Source: a virus (Duplodnaviria > Caudoviricetes). Taken from it: a stretch of 39,853 nt of DNA. A program made the position numbers and the translations under genes. Positions 9,689 through 16,872 of this stretch are shown here, piece by piece; position 1 is the stretch's first letter, and each line of letters begins with the position of its first letter. The DNA lies in the IMG/VR virus record IMGVR_UViG_3300020686_000007, positions 1 to 39,853 of that record. One strand, written 5' to 3'. A model generated the notes under the pieces. That model saw only the letters and a program-made list of their open reading frames with translations. It did no database searches and was not told where the DNA came from.

Positions 9689-10629
9689 CCACTAGAGGGC
9701 GATATACCACGACTTTGCCAATGGTTTTGATGGCTATAGCCAATCAAACCAAAAGCCCTAATAAGCTGGTTATATTTGATGATAATGACAATTCCGAAGA
9801 TATGCGGGAAAACCCTATATACCAACACATATTTCAAATATTAGATATTAAAAAAATTGCTTGGGAATGGGTTTATGCTGAAAAAAAAGGTCAGCACCAT
9901 ATCCATCAAAGAGCAAACACAATGGGGTTTGATTGGGTCTGGCGAGTAGATGACGATGCCATCCCAGAACCTAATGTCTTAGAACAACTTTGTAGTCACA
10001 TTGATACCACAATAGGTGCTATTGGCGGCTCAATTCTTACTCCACCTTTGATTTTTGATTGCTCCCAATCAACTGGTAAGGTAAAAAATATAGATGCAGA
10101 AGCCAATATACAATGGAATCATATAGAACAAATAAAGGAAGTTGAGCATTTACATTGTTCATTTTTATACCGGGCTGGTATCCATGATTATAACTTGGGG
10201 CTGTCTAGAGTAGCTCATCGGGAAGAAACCCTATTTACTTATGGTATATACCAAAAGCGATACCAAATCTTAACTGTGCCTAATGCGGTTACTTGGCATT
10301 TAAAGGCGCAAGGGGGAATCCGAAGTGAAAATAAGCAAGAACTATATGCCCATGATGAAGCTATTTTTAGAAATATTGTTGGATTTTGTGATAGCACCAT
10401 TGTTGTTCTTAACTGTGGCTTTGGTGACCATATTGTGTTCAGCCATATACTTCCTGAGATTTCTAATCCTATTGTGTTTACTTGTTATCCTGAGATTGTT
10501 CCCGGCAAGTCGATAGCTGAAGCTCAAGCATTATTTGGTGATATAGACCAATGGAATATTTATAAAAAAATGGCGCAATGGAATTGGAAAGGTAGTCTTG
10601 AAGATGCCTACAGAAAGCTATATTTATGA
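9667..10629 (+). CDS. GT2/GT-A glycosyltransferase fused to a GT9-like N-terminal domain
   Basis: ILCSVATRGR, VIFDD, WRVDDD (DxD), HREET; C-terminal VVLNCGFGDHIVFSHILPEI resembles the GT9 G(L/I)GD motif. Confidence 0.75.
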   Translation: MQILCSVATRGRYTTTLPMVLMAIANQTKSPNKLVIFDDNDNSEDMRENPIYQHIFQILDIKKIAWEWVYAEKKGQHHIHQRANTMGFDWVWRVDDDAIPEPNVLEQLCSHIDTTIGAIGGSILTPPLIFDCSQSTGKVKNIDAEANIQWNHIEQIKEVEHLHCSFLYRAGIHDYNLGLSRVAHREETLFTYGIYQKRYQILTVPNAVTWHLKAQGGIRSENKQELYAHDEAIFRNIVGFCDSTIVVLNCGFGDHIVFSHILPEISNPIVFTCYPEIVPGKSIAEAQALFGDIDQWNIYKKMAQWNWKGSLEDAYRKLYL

Positions 10630-11054
10630 TTCTTATTCATCCTTATGCCAAAAAATTAATGAATGGCAAAGAAAACCCTAAAAACTATCCATATTGGAAA
10701 GAATTGATTGCATTGATTGATGAGCCAATTATCCAAGTAGGCATAGAAGGCGAAGAACCATTAGTGCATGAATTTTTAAAAAATTTGCCTATTGCAAGGC
10801 TTAGAGAGCTAATAGCTGAATGTCGCATCTGGATTGGGGTTGATAGCTTTTTTCAGCATCTTGCATGGGATTGTAAAAAACAAGGGATTGTTCTTTGGTC
10901 TGTATCTGATCCATTGATATATGGGCATCCAGAAAATATTAACTTATTAAAAAGCAGGGATTATCTTGCTGATAATCAGTTTCTATGGTGGGATTTCACC
11001 AAATATAATCCTGATGCATTTGTAAAGCCAGAAGAAGTGTTAAAATATCTTTAA
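10626..11054 (+). CDS. GT9 (heptosyltransferase-like) C-terminal nucleotide-sugar-binding domain as a separate ORF
   Basis: ILIHPYA...KNYPYW...IIQVG...LRELIAECRIWIGVDSFFQHLA...GIVLW matches the GT9 C-domain pattern; ATGA overlap with the upstream gene. Confidence 0.75.
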   Translation: MILIHPYAKKLMNGKENPKNYPYWKELIALIDEPIIQVGIEGEEPLVHEFLKNLPIARLRELIAECRIWIGVDSFFQHLAWDCKKQGIVLWSVSDPLIYGHPENINLLKSRDYLADNQFLWWDFTKYNPDAFVKPEEVLKYL

Positions 11055-11107
11055 ATTCCAGATAATATAAGATTTATTAATAATTTAACCTATTATCTGG
11101 GGTAGCT

Positions 11108-11356
11108 ATGAGTTTAGATGCAATAACAAAAGATGATCTAGTTGTTTTGCTTAAAGAAGTTATTGCTGAAGCTGTCGAATCCCATCCTTTATCAGATGAT
11201 GAAGTTAAATGGGTAAGATTGGCAATTCAAGCAGAAGCAAAAAAAGCGGCATTTAGACAAGCTGTTATTGATAAAACTTTTATTGGCTTGCTTAGTTCTG
11301 GTGCTATTGGTCTATGTTACTTTATTATAGATTCTGTTAAAACTCATTGGAAATGA
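11108..11356 (+). CDS. Small membrane protein of the lysis cassette (holin/antiholin-like)
   Basis: 82 aa, one C-terminal hydrophobic segment, first gene of the lysis cluster. Confidence 0.45.
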   Translation: MSLDAITKDDLVVLLKEVIAEAVESHPLSDDEVKWVRLAIQAEAKKAAFRQAVIDKTFIGLLSSGAIGLCYFIIDSVKTHWK

Positions 11357-11544
11357 AACCCAAACATAGATCAAAAACCCTTTGGTTTTCTTTTGCCCTA
11401 GTAGTATTTGGTGCATTAATGGATAACTTTTCATATATTCAAAACTTTATTGACCCTAAATATTATGGCTATGGCTATATCCTCATAGGGATTATTGTGG
11501 CAATATTGAGGTTCTTGACCAACAAACCCTTGGATAACCAATGA
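11353..11544 (+). CDS. Holin (two TM segments)
   Basis: RSKTLWFSFALVVFG...ILIGIIVAILRFLTNKPL pattern; ATGA overlap at 11353. Confidence 0.7.
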   Translation: MKPKHRSKTLWFSFALVVFGALMDNFSYIQNFIDPKYYGYGYILIGIIVAILRFLTNKPLDNQ

Positions 11545-11939
11545 TCGATTATGTCAAAATATCACTTCTTGGTGGTTTATGCTTTATCCTTTTTGGCTCT
11601 GGCTATTGGATGGGTTATTCACGATATATTGAATATAAAAAGTCAGTTGAAATTCAAGCCAAGACCCAAGAAGCAAAAGTAGAATCAATCCAAAAACAGC
11701 ATGAATTAGTAAAAAAAGGAATACAAGATGAATATGATGCGAAACTTAGTTTATTGCGTACCTATTATTCTAATGGGGTGCGTCAGCCCAGTTCCAATAC
11801 CATGCCCAACCTTTCCAACACCGCCAGCATCGCTAATGCAGTCTCCACCTACAATGTTCTTGCTGGACAATGCTCAGAAACAACTTTAATGCTAGTTGAA
11901 TTACAGAAGTGGGTTAATGAAACTTATGCTATCAAATGA
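11541..11939 (+). CDS. Inner-membrane spanin (Rz-like)
   Basis: N-terminal TM anchor and coiled coil; contains an embedded lipoprotein ORF. Confidence 0.75.
   Translation: MIDYVKISLLGGLCFILFGSGYWMGYSRYIEYKKSVEIQAKTQEAKVESIQKQHELVKKGIQDEYDAKLSLLRTYYSNGVRQPSSNTMPNLSNTASIANAVSTYNVLAGQCSETTLMLVELQKWVNETYAIK
11728..11889 (+). CDS. Embedded outer-membrane spanin (Rz1-like lipoprotein), 53 aa, absent from ORF track
   Basis: +1 frame reads MNMMRNLVYCVPIILMG-C-VSPVPIPCPTFPTPPASLMQSPPTMFLLDNAQKQL; lipobox LMGC, Pro-rich; AAGGA 7 nt upstream. Confidence 0.8.
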   Translation: MNMMRNLVYCVPIILMGCVSPVPIPCPTFPTPPASLMQSPPTMFLLDNAQKQL

Positions 11940-12541
11940 CATCTGAGCAATTAGCAAAACTAGGTATAAACCCTGATTGGTTGCCTTGGCTTCAAAAGAC
12001 TTGTGATAGATATTCCATTAACAATGTAAATCGGCAGTCTGCATTTCTTGGTCAATGTATGCATGAATCTAATTCATTCAAAGTGCTACAAGAGAATTTG
12101 CATTATTCAGCTAATGGCTTAAAGTCAGTCTGGGGATCAAGATTCCCTACAAATGAAATAGCTGATAAATATGCCAATCACCCAGATATGATTGCCAATA
12201 AGGTCTATGCCAATCGCATGGGTAATGGCGATGAAGAATCAGGTGATGGCTGGAAATACAGGGGCAGGGGGATCATTCAATGTACTGGCAAAGATTTGTA
12301 TAAAACCCTATCTAATGCCCTTAATATCGATTTAATCAGCGATCCAGATATGCTATTGGAAATGCCTTATGCATCTATGTCTGCTGGTTGGTTTTGGAAC
12401 AAAAAAGGTCTGAATGACCTAGCAGATCAAAACAATTATGAAGCTACCAAAGAAATGACAAAGCGAATCAATGGTGGATTCAATGGTTTAGATGATCGAA
12501 TCCTAAAAATTGAACAAGCTAAAAAAGTATTGACAGCCTGA
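11936..12541 (+). CDS. Endolysin, glycoside hydrolase family 19
   Basis: AFLGQCMHES, ENLHYS, YANRMGNG..SGDGWKYRGRGIIQCTGK, SAGWFW, TKRINGG.NGLDDR. Confidence 0.92.
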   Translation: MTSEQLAKLGINPDWLPWLQKTCDRYSINNVNRQSAFLGQCMHESNSFKVLQENLHYSANGLKSVWGSRFPTNEIADKYANHPDMIANKVYANRMGNGDEESGDGWKYRGRGIIQCTGKDLYKTLSNALNIDLISDPDMLLEMPYASMSAGWFWNKKGLNDLADQNNYEATKEMTKRINGGFNGLDDRILKIEQAKKVLTA

Positions 12542-12599
12542 TAGGTTTATTCTGGGCTGTCGCAGAATCGTGAAGTTTAGTCCTATCTACTAATAGACT

Positions 12600-12845
12600 T
12601 TAAAAAGGGACATCCGAATCCATATCAGCCAAACTGCTTGATGTGGCTGGTGCATTTTCTTTTGGCTTTGGTTCTGCTAATGAAATCCAGCCATCCCAAG
12701 TAACTGGGATTGCTTCTAACTTGATGGCTAGACCACCTTGTTTGGTATCTACACAAACACCAATCTTTTGCCAGCGGTTCTTTTCATTGCCGCTTTTGTC
12801 GGTGTAAGTGCCATTTTTGACGATGCAATCATATTTAATGCCCAT
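12600..12845 (-). CDS. Small single-stranded DNA-binding protein-like
   Basis: 81 aa, YTDKSGNEKNRWQKIG; acidic C-terminal tail DMDSDVPF; follows YqaJ. Confidence 0.6.
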   Translation of the reverse strand: MGIKYDCIVKNGTYTDKSGNEKNRWQKIGVCVDTKQGGLAIKLEAIPVTWDGWISLAEPKPKENAPATSSSLADMDSDVPF

Positions 12846-13560
12846 AACTTCTCTCTTTCAATTGTGTATAAATTTGTTGAACTTCATTTAAAAACCGCTT
12901 TACTTCTGTTTCTATATGCTCGATATATGATTCATCCCTATCCAAGCGCACTACAAACAATTGCAACTCAGGTGGCAGTCTAGGGTCATAGGACACAAAA
13001 TCAGTCCATAAGCGCCCTGTGCAAGCCATCTGTGTTTGCATTTGTGGGACATACTTTGCTGGGGGAACTCCAGCCAATAAATAATCAATATGATTAGCTG
13101 TATTTGGGCATTTTATTTCCAAATTTCCCTCAGATCCTATTAAACCATCTGGGCTACACCCAAACCATTCAATAGTCGGATGGTTGCAAAAAGCAACCTG
13201 ATCTACAAATAACCCTTTAAAGGCTTCATAAGCCATCCTAGCCAGCGGTTCTGTTTCTGTACCCCAAGCCATTGCTGGGCTTGTAAAACTGCTTGTAGGT
13301 ATGTTTGTGAGCCTTTCAACTACCAAATCCATCTTGTAGTTCTTACGACCAGCAGATTCCCCAGATTTGATCTTGGACATGACATCGGCAACACGACTAG
13401 CGGTTACCTTTCCTAATCGAAGTTGCTTCCATTCGTCTGTGCCTTGTTTAATTGATGGAATATCCTGATTTAACACAATTGTTGTATTTAAATCAATCAT
13501 CCCGGCAAATGGGATTGGTTCTAAAGCATTTATCCTATCTTCTGTTGTGAATGTTGTAAT
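12835..13560 (-). CDS. YqaJ/lambda-exonuclease family recombination exonuclease (start at ATT 13560 or ATG 13500)
   Basis: QGTDEWKQLRLGKVTAS, MAWGTETEPLAR, GCSPDGLI, LEIKCP, QMQTQMACTG, DFVSYDPR. Confidence 0.92.
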   Translation of the reverse strand: MTTFTTEDRINALEPIPFAGMIDLNTTIVLNQDIPSIKQGTDEWKQLRLGKVTASRVADVMSKIKSGESAGRKNYKMDLVVERLTNIPTSSFTSPAMAWGTETEPLARMAYEAFKGLFVDQVAFCNHPTIEWFGCSPDGLIGSEGNLEIKCPNTANHIDYLLAGVPPAKYVPQMQTQMACTGRLWTDFVSYDPRLPPELQLFVVRLDRDESYIEHIETEVKRFLNEVQQIYTQLKERSYGH

Positions 13561-14063
13561 GATTCTCTCCTTTTATTTGTTGATCTATTATTTGCTTGCT
13601 GTTTTGCTGTTGCCCATCTGCAATTGCTTGGCTCATAATTGCCATCATTGTTTATTCTGTCAATAGAATGATTTTTTGATGGTCTTTTTCCCATATCTAA
13701 TAAAAATTTATTGAAATCAAGCCAAGATGGGTCAATTTTTATTCCTCTACCGCCATATCTATGAAAGTTTGCAGAACTTTTCCAATGGGTTCTAGACAAT
13801 ATTCCAGACCAAGCAATATATTCTGGCGTTTTATATTTTCCATGTTTAGTTGCTCTTTGTTTTGCAAGTTCATCTTTCAAGCATCCGCATGATTTTTGCC
13901 GATTACTATTTAATGTATGAGTTGGAACAATACAATAATTTCCACAATTGCATAAACAAGTCCAGCAAAAATGACCATTTTGTCGATAGGCAAACTCTTT
14001 AACTAGCAATCTTTCAAATCGCTTGCCAATCATTTTTTTTGTAGCATTTTCAAGTTTATTCAT
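13530..14063 (-). mobile_element. Second free-standing HNH homing endonuclease, same family as 6033-6530
   Basis: MIGKRFERL, CNCG, KSCGC, YGGRGI, SIDRINNDGNYEPSNCRWAT..QQANN. Confidence 0.85.
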
Positions 14064-14069
14064 AAATTA

Positions 14070-14098
14070 AGTATAAATAAAATTGCAAATGTTGTCAA
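14070..14098 (-). promoter_or_regulatory. Near-consensus sigma70 promoter for the HNH gene; predicted leaderless mRNA
   Basis: Minus strand TTGACA (14098-14093), 17-nt spacer, TATACT (14075-14070), 6 nt, ATG (14063); no SD. Confidence 0.75.
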
Positions 14099-14304
14099 AT
14101 TGTAGATGTAGTCATTTTTTGGTCATATTGTTTTATAGTTTCCTGTAGTTGTTTTGCATAAATAGATGCTGATTCTGCCGCTTTCCCTGCTGAAACCCAA
14201 TCACTTTTTAAGCAAAACAAATGACAATTTTTGATGGCTAATTGGGTATCTAAATACAATTCTGAATAATCTTTAGTTCTCATAATTTCCTTATTCGGTT
14301 TCAT
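14095..14304 (-). CDS. Hypothetical protein
   Basis: 69-aa ORF in the tightly packed leftward operon. Confidence 0.55.
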   Translation of the reverse strand: MKPNKEIMRTKDYSELYLDTQLAIKNCHLFCLKSDWVSAGKAAESASIYAKQLQETIKQYDQKMTTSTI

Positions 14305-14512
14305 CGTCTGGCATCTGGTCTGTAGGTCGCATTTGAATTAATTGAACATCATCCAATTCAGACTTTTCCCATTTAGTCATAAATTCTTTGGAAAGAGTAT
14401 TGATTGCCGCCATCCATCCCATTTCAAAAAATTCTTCTGGGGCAAATACAGCTTTAGGTATCTTATCAAATTCTTCTTTAGCAAATGCGTTCATACCTTT
14501 TGTTTTCTCCAA
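14291..14512 (-). CDS. Hypothetical protein
   Basis: 73-aa ORF overlapping its operon neighbours. Confidence 0.55.
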   Translation of the reverse strand: MEKTKGMNAFAKEEFDKIPKAVFAPEEFFEMGWMAAINTLSKEFMTKWEKSELDDVQLIQMRPTDQMPDDETE

Positions 14513-14703
14513 AGCTGTTTAATCTTTGGGTCTATAAATATAGCATCAGAATCATCAATTGTCCTATTGAATAATGCTTTAAAATCAGCCCATTTCTTTT
14601 TGTACATCTCTTGTTCACTTGCTGGAACATAACCATAAATCTTCTTCCAGCGAATAGTAATGTCTGTACTTGCTGGTGTATAAATATAATCTTTATTTTC
14701 CAT
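14491..14703 (-). CDS. Hypothetical protein
   Basis: 70 aa, AGGAG RBS. Confidence 0.6.
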   Translation of the reverse strand: MENKDYIYTPASTDITIRWKKIYGYVPASEQEMYKKKWADFKALFNRTIDDSDAIFIDPKIKQLWRKQKV

Positions 14704-14842
14704 TTTTACTCCTATAGTGTTGATTGGATTGCCTTATTAAACATACTGAACATTTCCATACTTTTGTTTTGTTTCTTAATACTAATTTAAAGCTTTTTGC
14801 ATCTCTTACTACTTGACACGATACACAAAACTTTTGTTCCAT
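14693..14842 (-). CDS. Small Zn-ribbon protein (49 aa), absent from ORF track
   Basis: MEQKFCVSCQVVRDAKSFKLVLRNKTKVWKCSVCLIRQSNQHYRSKNGK: two CxxC; fills the operon gap. Confidence 0.6.
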   Translation of the reverse strand: MEQKFCVSCQVVRDAKSFKLVLRNKTKVWKCSVCLIRQSNQHYRSKNGK

Positions 14843-15017
14843 CCCAACCTTCTTTTAAATATTTATATTCTGATGCATCTACTACTGCTGTTAGTTTTTT
14901 GCATACATCACAAGTATCTAGCCAAACTCTGTAATCATGGTATCTGGGTTTCTCTTGCCCCCATTTAGTCCCACAATCAAAACAAACATTATCAGGTTGT
15001 TCTTGGGCTAATCGCAT
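14787..15017 (-). CDS. Small Zn-finger protein (76 aa; start 15017 rather than 15236)
   Basis: MRLAQEQPDNVCFDCG...TCDVCK: two CxxC. Confidence 0.6.
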   Translation of the reverse strand: MRLAQEQPDNVCFDCGTKWGQEKPRYHDYRVWLDTCDVCKKLTAVVDASEYKYLKEGWDGTKVLCIVSSSKRCKKL

Positions 15018-15540
15018 TGAGTTCTGCCTTTTTCTTTTCATAGGTTGGCTGAATTTGCTCTTTTTGTTTCTTAGTTTTAGTTTCAGCCCATGCCAACCCA
15101 AAAACAGTTTTAAGTTCATCTGCTGTCTTACAGTTTTCCAATTGGGCAATAATCTTGTCAGTTGGTGATTCTTCTGGTTCATCCCAGAACTCATCTCCTG
15201 CATACAAGGATAATCCAATTCCAGTACAGATGGCAATACACTTTACCAAGCATCTTTTCATTGCTGAATTTACTTGCATTGCATTTGGATTAGTGATTGC
15301 TTTATTTCCATCACCTAATACTGGTAGATATTCAGTCATTGTTTTGCCAAAAGCAGTAACAGAACAACTAACCATCAAAGTGCCATTAAAAGGAATTACA
15401 TCACCATAAGACCAATTTGCCATTGGATCTTGTTGTAATAAAGTATCAACTGCCCAAGTCCAAGGAAGGTATGTAAACCGCCCTTTCTTTTTTGTTTCAG
15501 CAGATACATCTATAGTTCTAAGCTCTTTATATTTATTCAC
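14992..15540 (-). CDS. sak: Sak (DUF1071, Rad52-like) single-strand annealing protein
   Basis: KKGRFTYLPWTWA, MVSCSVT, LPVL...NKAI.NP, VNSAMKRCLVKCIA..GIGLSLYAGDE. Confidence 0.85.
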   Translation of the reverse strand: MNKYKELRTIDVSAETKKKGRFTYLPWTWAVDTLLQQDPMANWSYGDVIPFNGTLMVSCSVTAFGKTMTEYLPVLGDGNKAITNPNAMQVNSAMKRCLVKCIAICTGIGLSLYAGDEFWDEPEESPTDKIIAQLENCKTADELKTVFGLAWAETKTKKQKEQIQPTYEKKKAELNAISPRTT

Positions 15541-15683
15541 AATATATCCTGTATTTTGATGCCTTTATTTTCAAGGGCTTTTTTAAATTTACTTAATGCC
15601 GATGACAATATTTGTGCAACTCTTTGATGAGTTATGCCTTCAGCTTTTGCAATCTGTTGCAATGTCATTGGATCTTTGTTCAT
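15537..15683 (-). CDS. Stand-alone sigma70 region-4-like HTH protein (48 aa)
   Basis: PMTLQQIAKAEGITHQRVAQILSSALSKFK matches the sigma r4 pattern T..EI....G.S.ERV.QI...AL.KL. Confidence 0.7.
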   Translation of the reverse strand: MNKDPMTLQQIAKAEGITHQRVAQILSSALSKFKKALENKGIKIQDIL

Positions 15684-15952
15684 TGACAAGCCTTTTGTGC
15701 TGAGTTTTCCCAGTATTCGTATATACAAGTTGAAACAATTAATCCAATCTTTTCTTTCTCATTCTTTTGGAGTGCTTCAACTAAAGAATCCCAATGCTTA
15801 CCATAAAGTGCATCATCCATAATTGCACCTTGGATATTTTCTGGTAGGTCTGGGCTGTAATCACCATTGAGCAATTCAGCTACTTGCTCATCAAAATCCT
15901 CATCATCTGGATCTTCTGGCTCATAGTAGCGATCTTCAGTATGCATACCCAT
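15680..15952 (-). CDS. Hypothetical acidic protein
   Basis: ~90-aa ORF, YYEPEDPDDEDFD; coupled to neighbours. Confidence 0.6.
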   Translation of the reverse strand: MGMHTEDRYYEPEDPDDEDFDEQVAELLNGDYSPDLPENIQGAIMDDALYGKHWDSLVEALQKNEKEKIGLIVSTCIYEYWENSAQKACQ

Positions 15953-15954
15953 GA

Positions 15955-16029
15955 TTAGAACCCCCATCCAAACATTGCACCAAGGATTAAACCTAAAAGA
16001 ATTATTCCAATAATGTCAGTCTTTTTCAT
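15955..16029 (-). CDS. 24-aa single-TM peptide
   Basis: MKKTDIIGIILLGLILGAMFGWGF after an AGGA RBS. Confidence 0.5.
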   Translation of the reverse strand: MKKTDIIGIILLGLILGAMFGWGF

Positions 16030-16030
16030 A

Positions 16031-16294
16031 TTATTTCCTGTATGCATATTGTGAAAATGGGATGCCAAATGATTCTTTATCTTCAAATACAACTTTGTTT
16101 TTAGATTTATCCAAAAAAGCATAAGTGCTAAAAGCAAATGGCGCTTCATGATGCAACTCTAGCAGAACTGCATTGATTCTATTTGCAAATGCATTGGTAG
16201 CCGCTAAAGATAGTTCGCTAAACTGTTCAGCAGTTAAACCGCTAGATGCTAATTTTAGTTTAGCTTGTTGCTCTAGTGTTAATGGGTTTTTCAT
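16031..16294 (-). CDS. Hypothetical protein, first gene of the leftward early operon
   Basis: 87 aa, CAGGA RBS. Confidence 0.6.
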   Translation of the reverse strand: MKNPLTLEQQAKLKLASSGLTAEQFSELSLAATNAFANRINAVLLELHHEAPFAFSTYAFLDKSKNKVVFEDKESFGIPFSQYAYRK

Positions 16295-16332
16295 GTCTTT
16301 TCCTGTTTTGTTAAAAATTACTGCATGGGTAA

Positions 16333-16426
16333 ATATTGCTCCATCTGTTTCTTAAAGTAAACAAAAATCGTATAGGGATATACCCTGTGTCAAAAAAACA
16401 ACAATGATTTTATTGTATGATTAGGG
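16333..16426. promoter_or_regulatory. Divergent early promoter region with a palindromic operator-like site
   Basis: Leftward TTTACT-17-CAATAT (16361-16333); palindrome AGGG-ATATA-CCCT (16374-16386); minus-strand TTGACA at 16393-16388; rightward TATGAT (16416-16421) 5 nt before ATG 16427. Confidence 0.5.
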
Positions 16427-16738
16427 ATGACCAGCTTAAATCAGCGCACAGTCGCACTTCTGAAAGACAGGGGATATCAATGCGATGTAGTCGAAAGCTA
16501 CAATGCCTTCACCAAAAGAAAAAAAGACCTATTTGGAATATTCGATATATTAGCTATTGGGTTAGGCGAAACTATAGGGGTGCAGATTACTTCCAAGAGC
16601 AATATATCAGCCCGGATAAAAAAAATAGAAGAATCTGAGTATTTACCCCTATTGCTACAGGCTGGCTGGCGAATTATTGTCTTTGGGTGGTTTAAAAAAG
16701 ACAATGGAAGATATGATTACAAGGAATTTGAGTTTTAG
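16427..16738 (+). CDS. PD-(D/E)XK nuclease-like protein (Holliday-junction resolvase/VRR-NUC-like)
   Basis: LKDRGY, DLFGIFDILAI, GVQIT, AGWRIIV pattern. Confidence 0.5.
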   Translation: MTSLNQRTVALLKDRGYQCDVVESYNAFTKRKKDLFGIFDILAIGLGETIGVQITSKSNISARIKKIEESEYLPLLLQAGWRIIVFGWFKKDNGRYDYKEFEF

Positions 16739-16752
16739 TAGTAAAATGGAGT

Positions 16753-16860
16753 TATCGCTTGGTGGCGATATGAGGGTAAGCCTTAGTCAGCAATCTGCAC
16801 CTACCCGGTGTCCACCAACATCCCTTAAAAAAGGATGAGATTGCTGTCTAGGGCTTTTTT
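16753..16860 (+). ncRNA. C4/CI-like structured antisense/attenuator RNA ending in a U-tract
   Basis: 19-bp closing stem (16778-16796 with 16838-16856; one G-U, one mismatch) encloses two hairpins and an unpaired CCACCAA, which is complementary to upstream TTGGTGG; TTTT follows. Confidence 0.7.
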
Positions 16861-16872
16861 ATTGAGGTTTTT

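Noticed and set aside
12532-12600. Hammerhead or HDV/theta ribozyme
   Set aside because: CTGATAG does not fit CUGANGA, and the HDV P3/L3 and J4/2 elements are missing; kept only as an unclassified structure.
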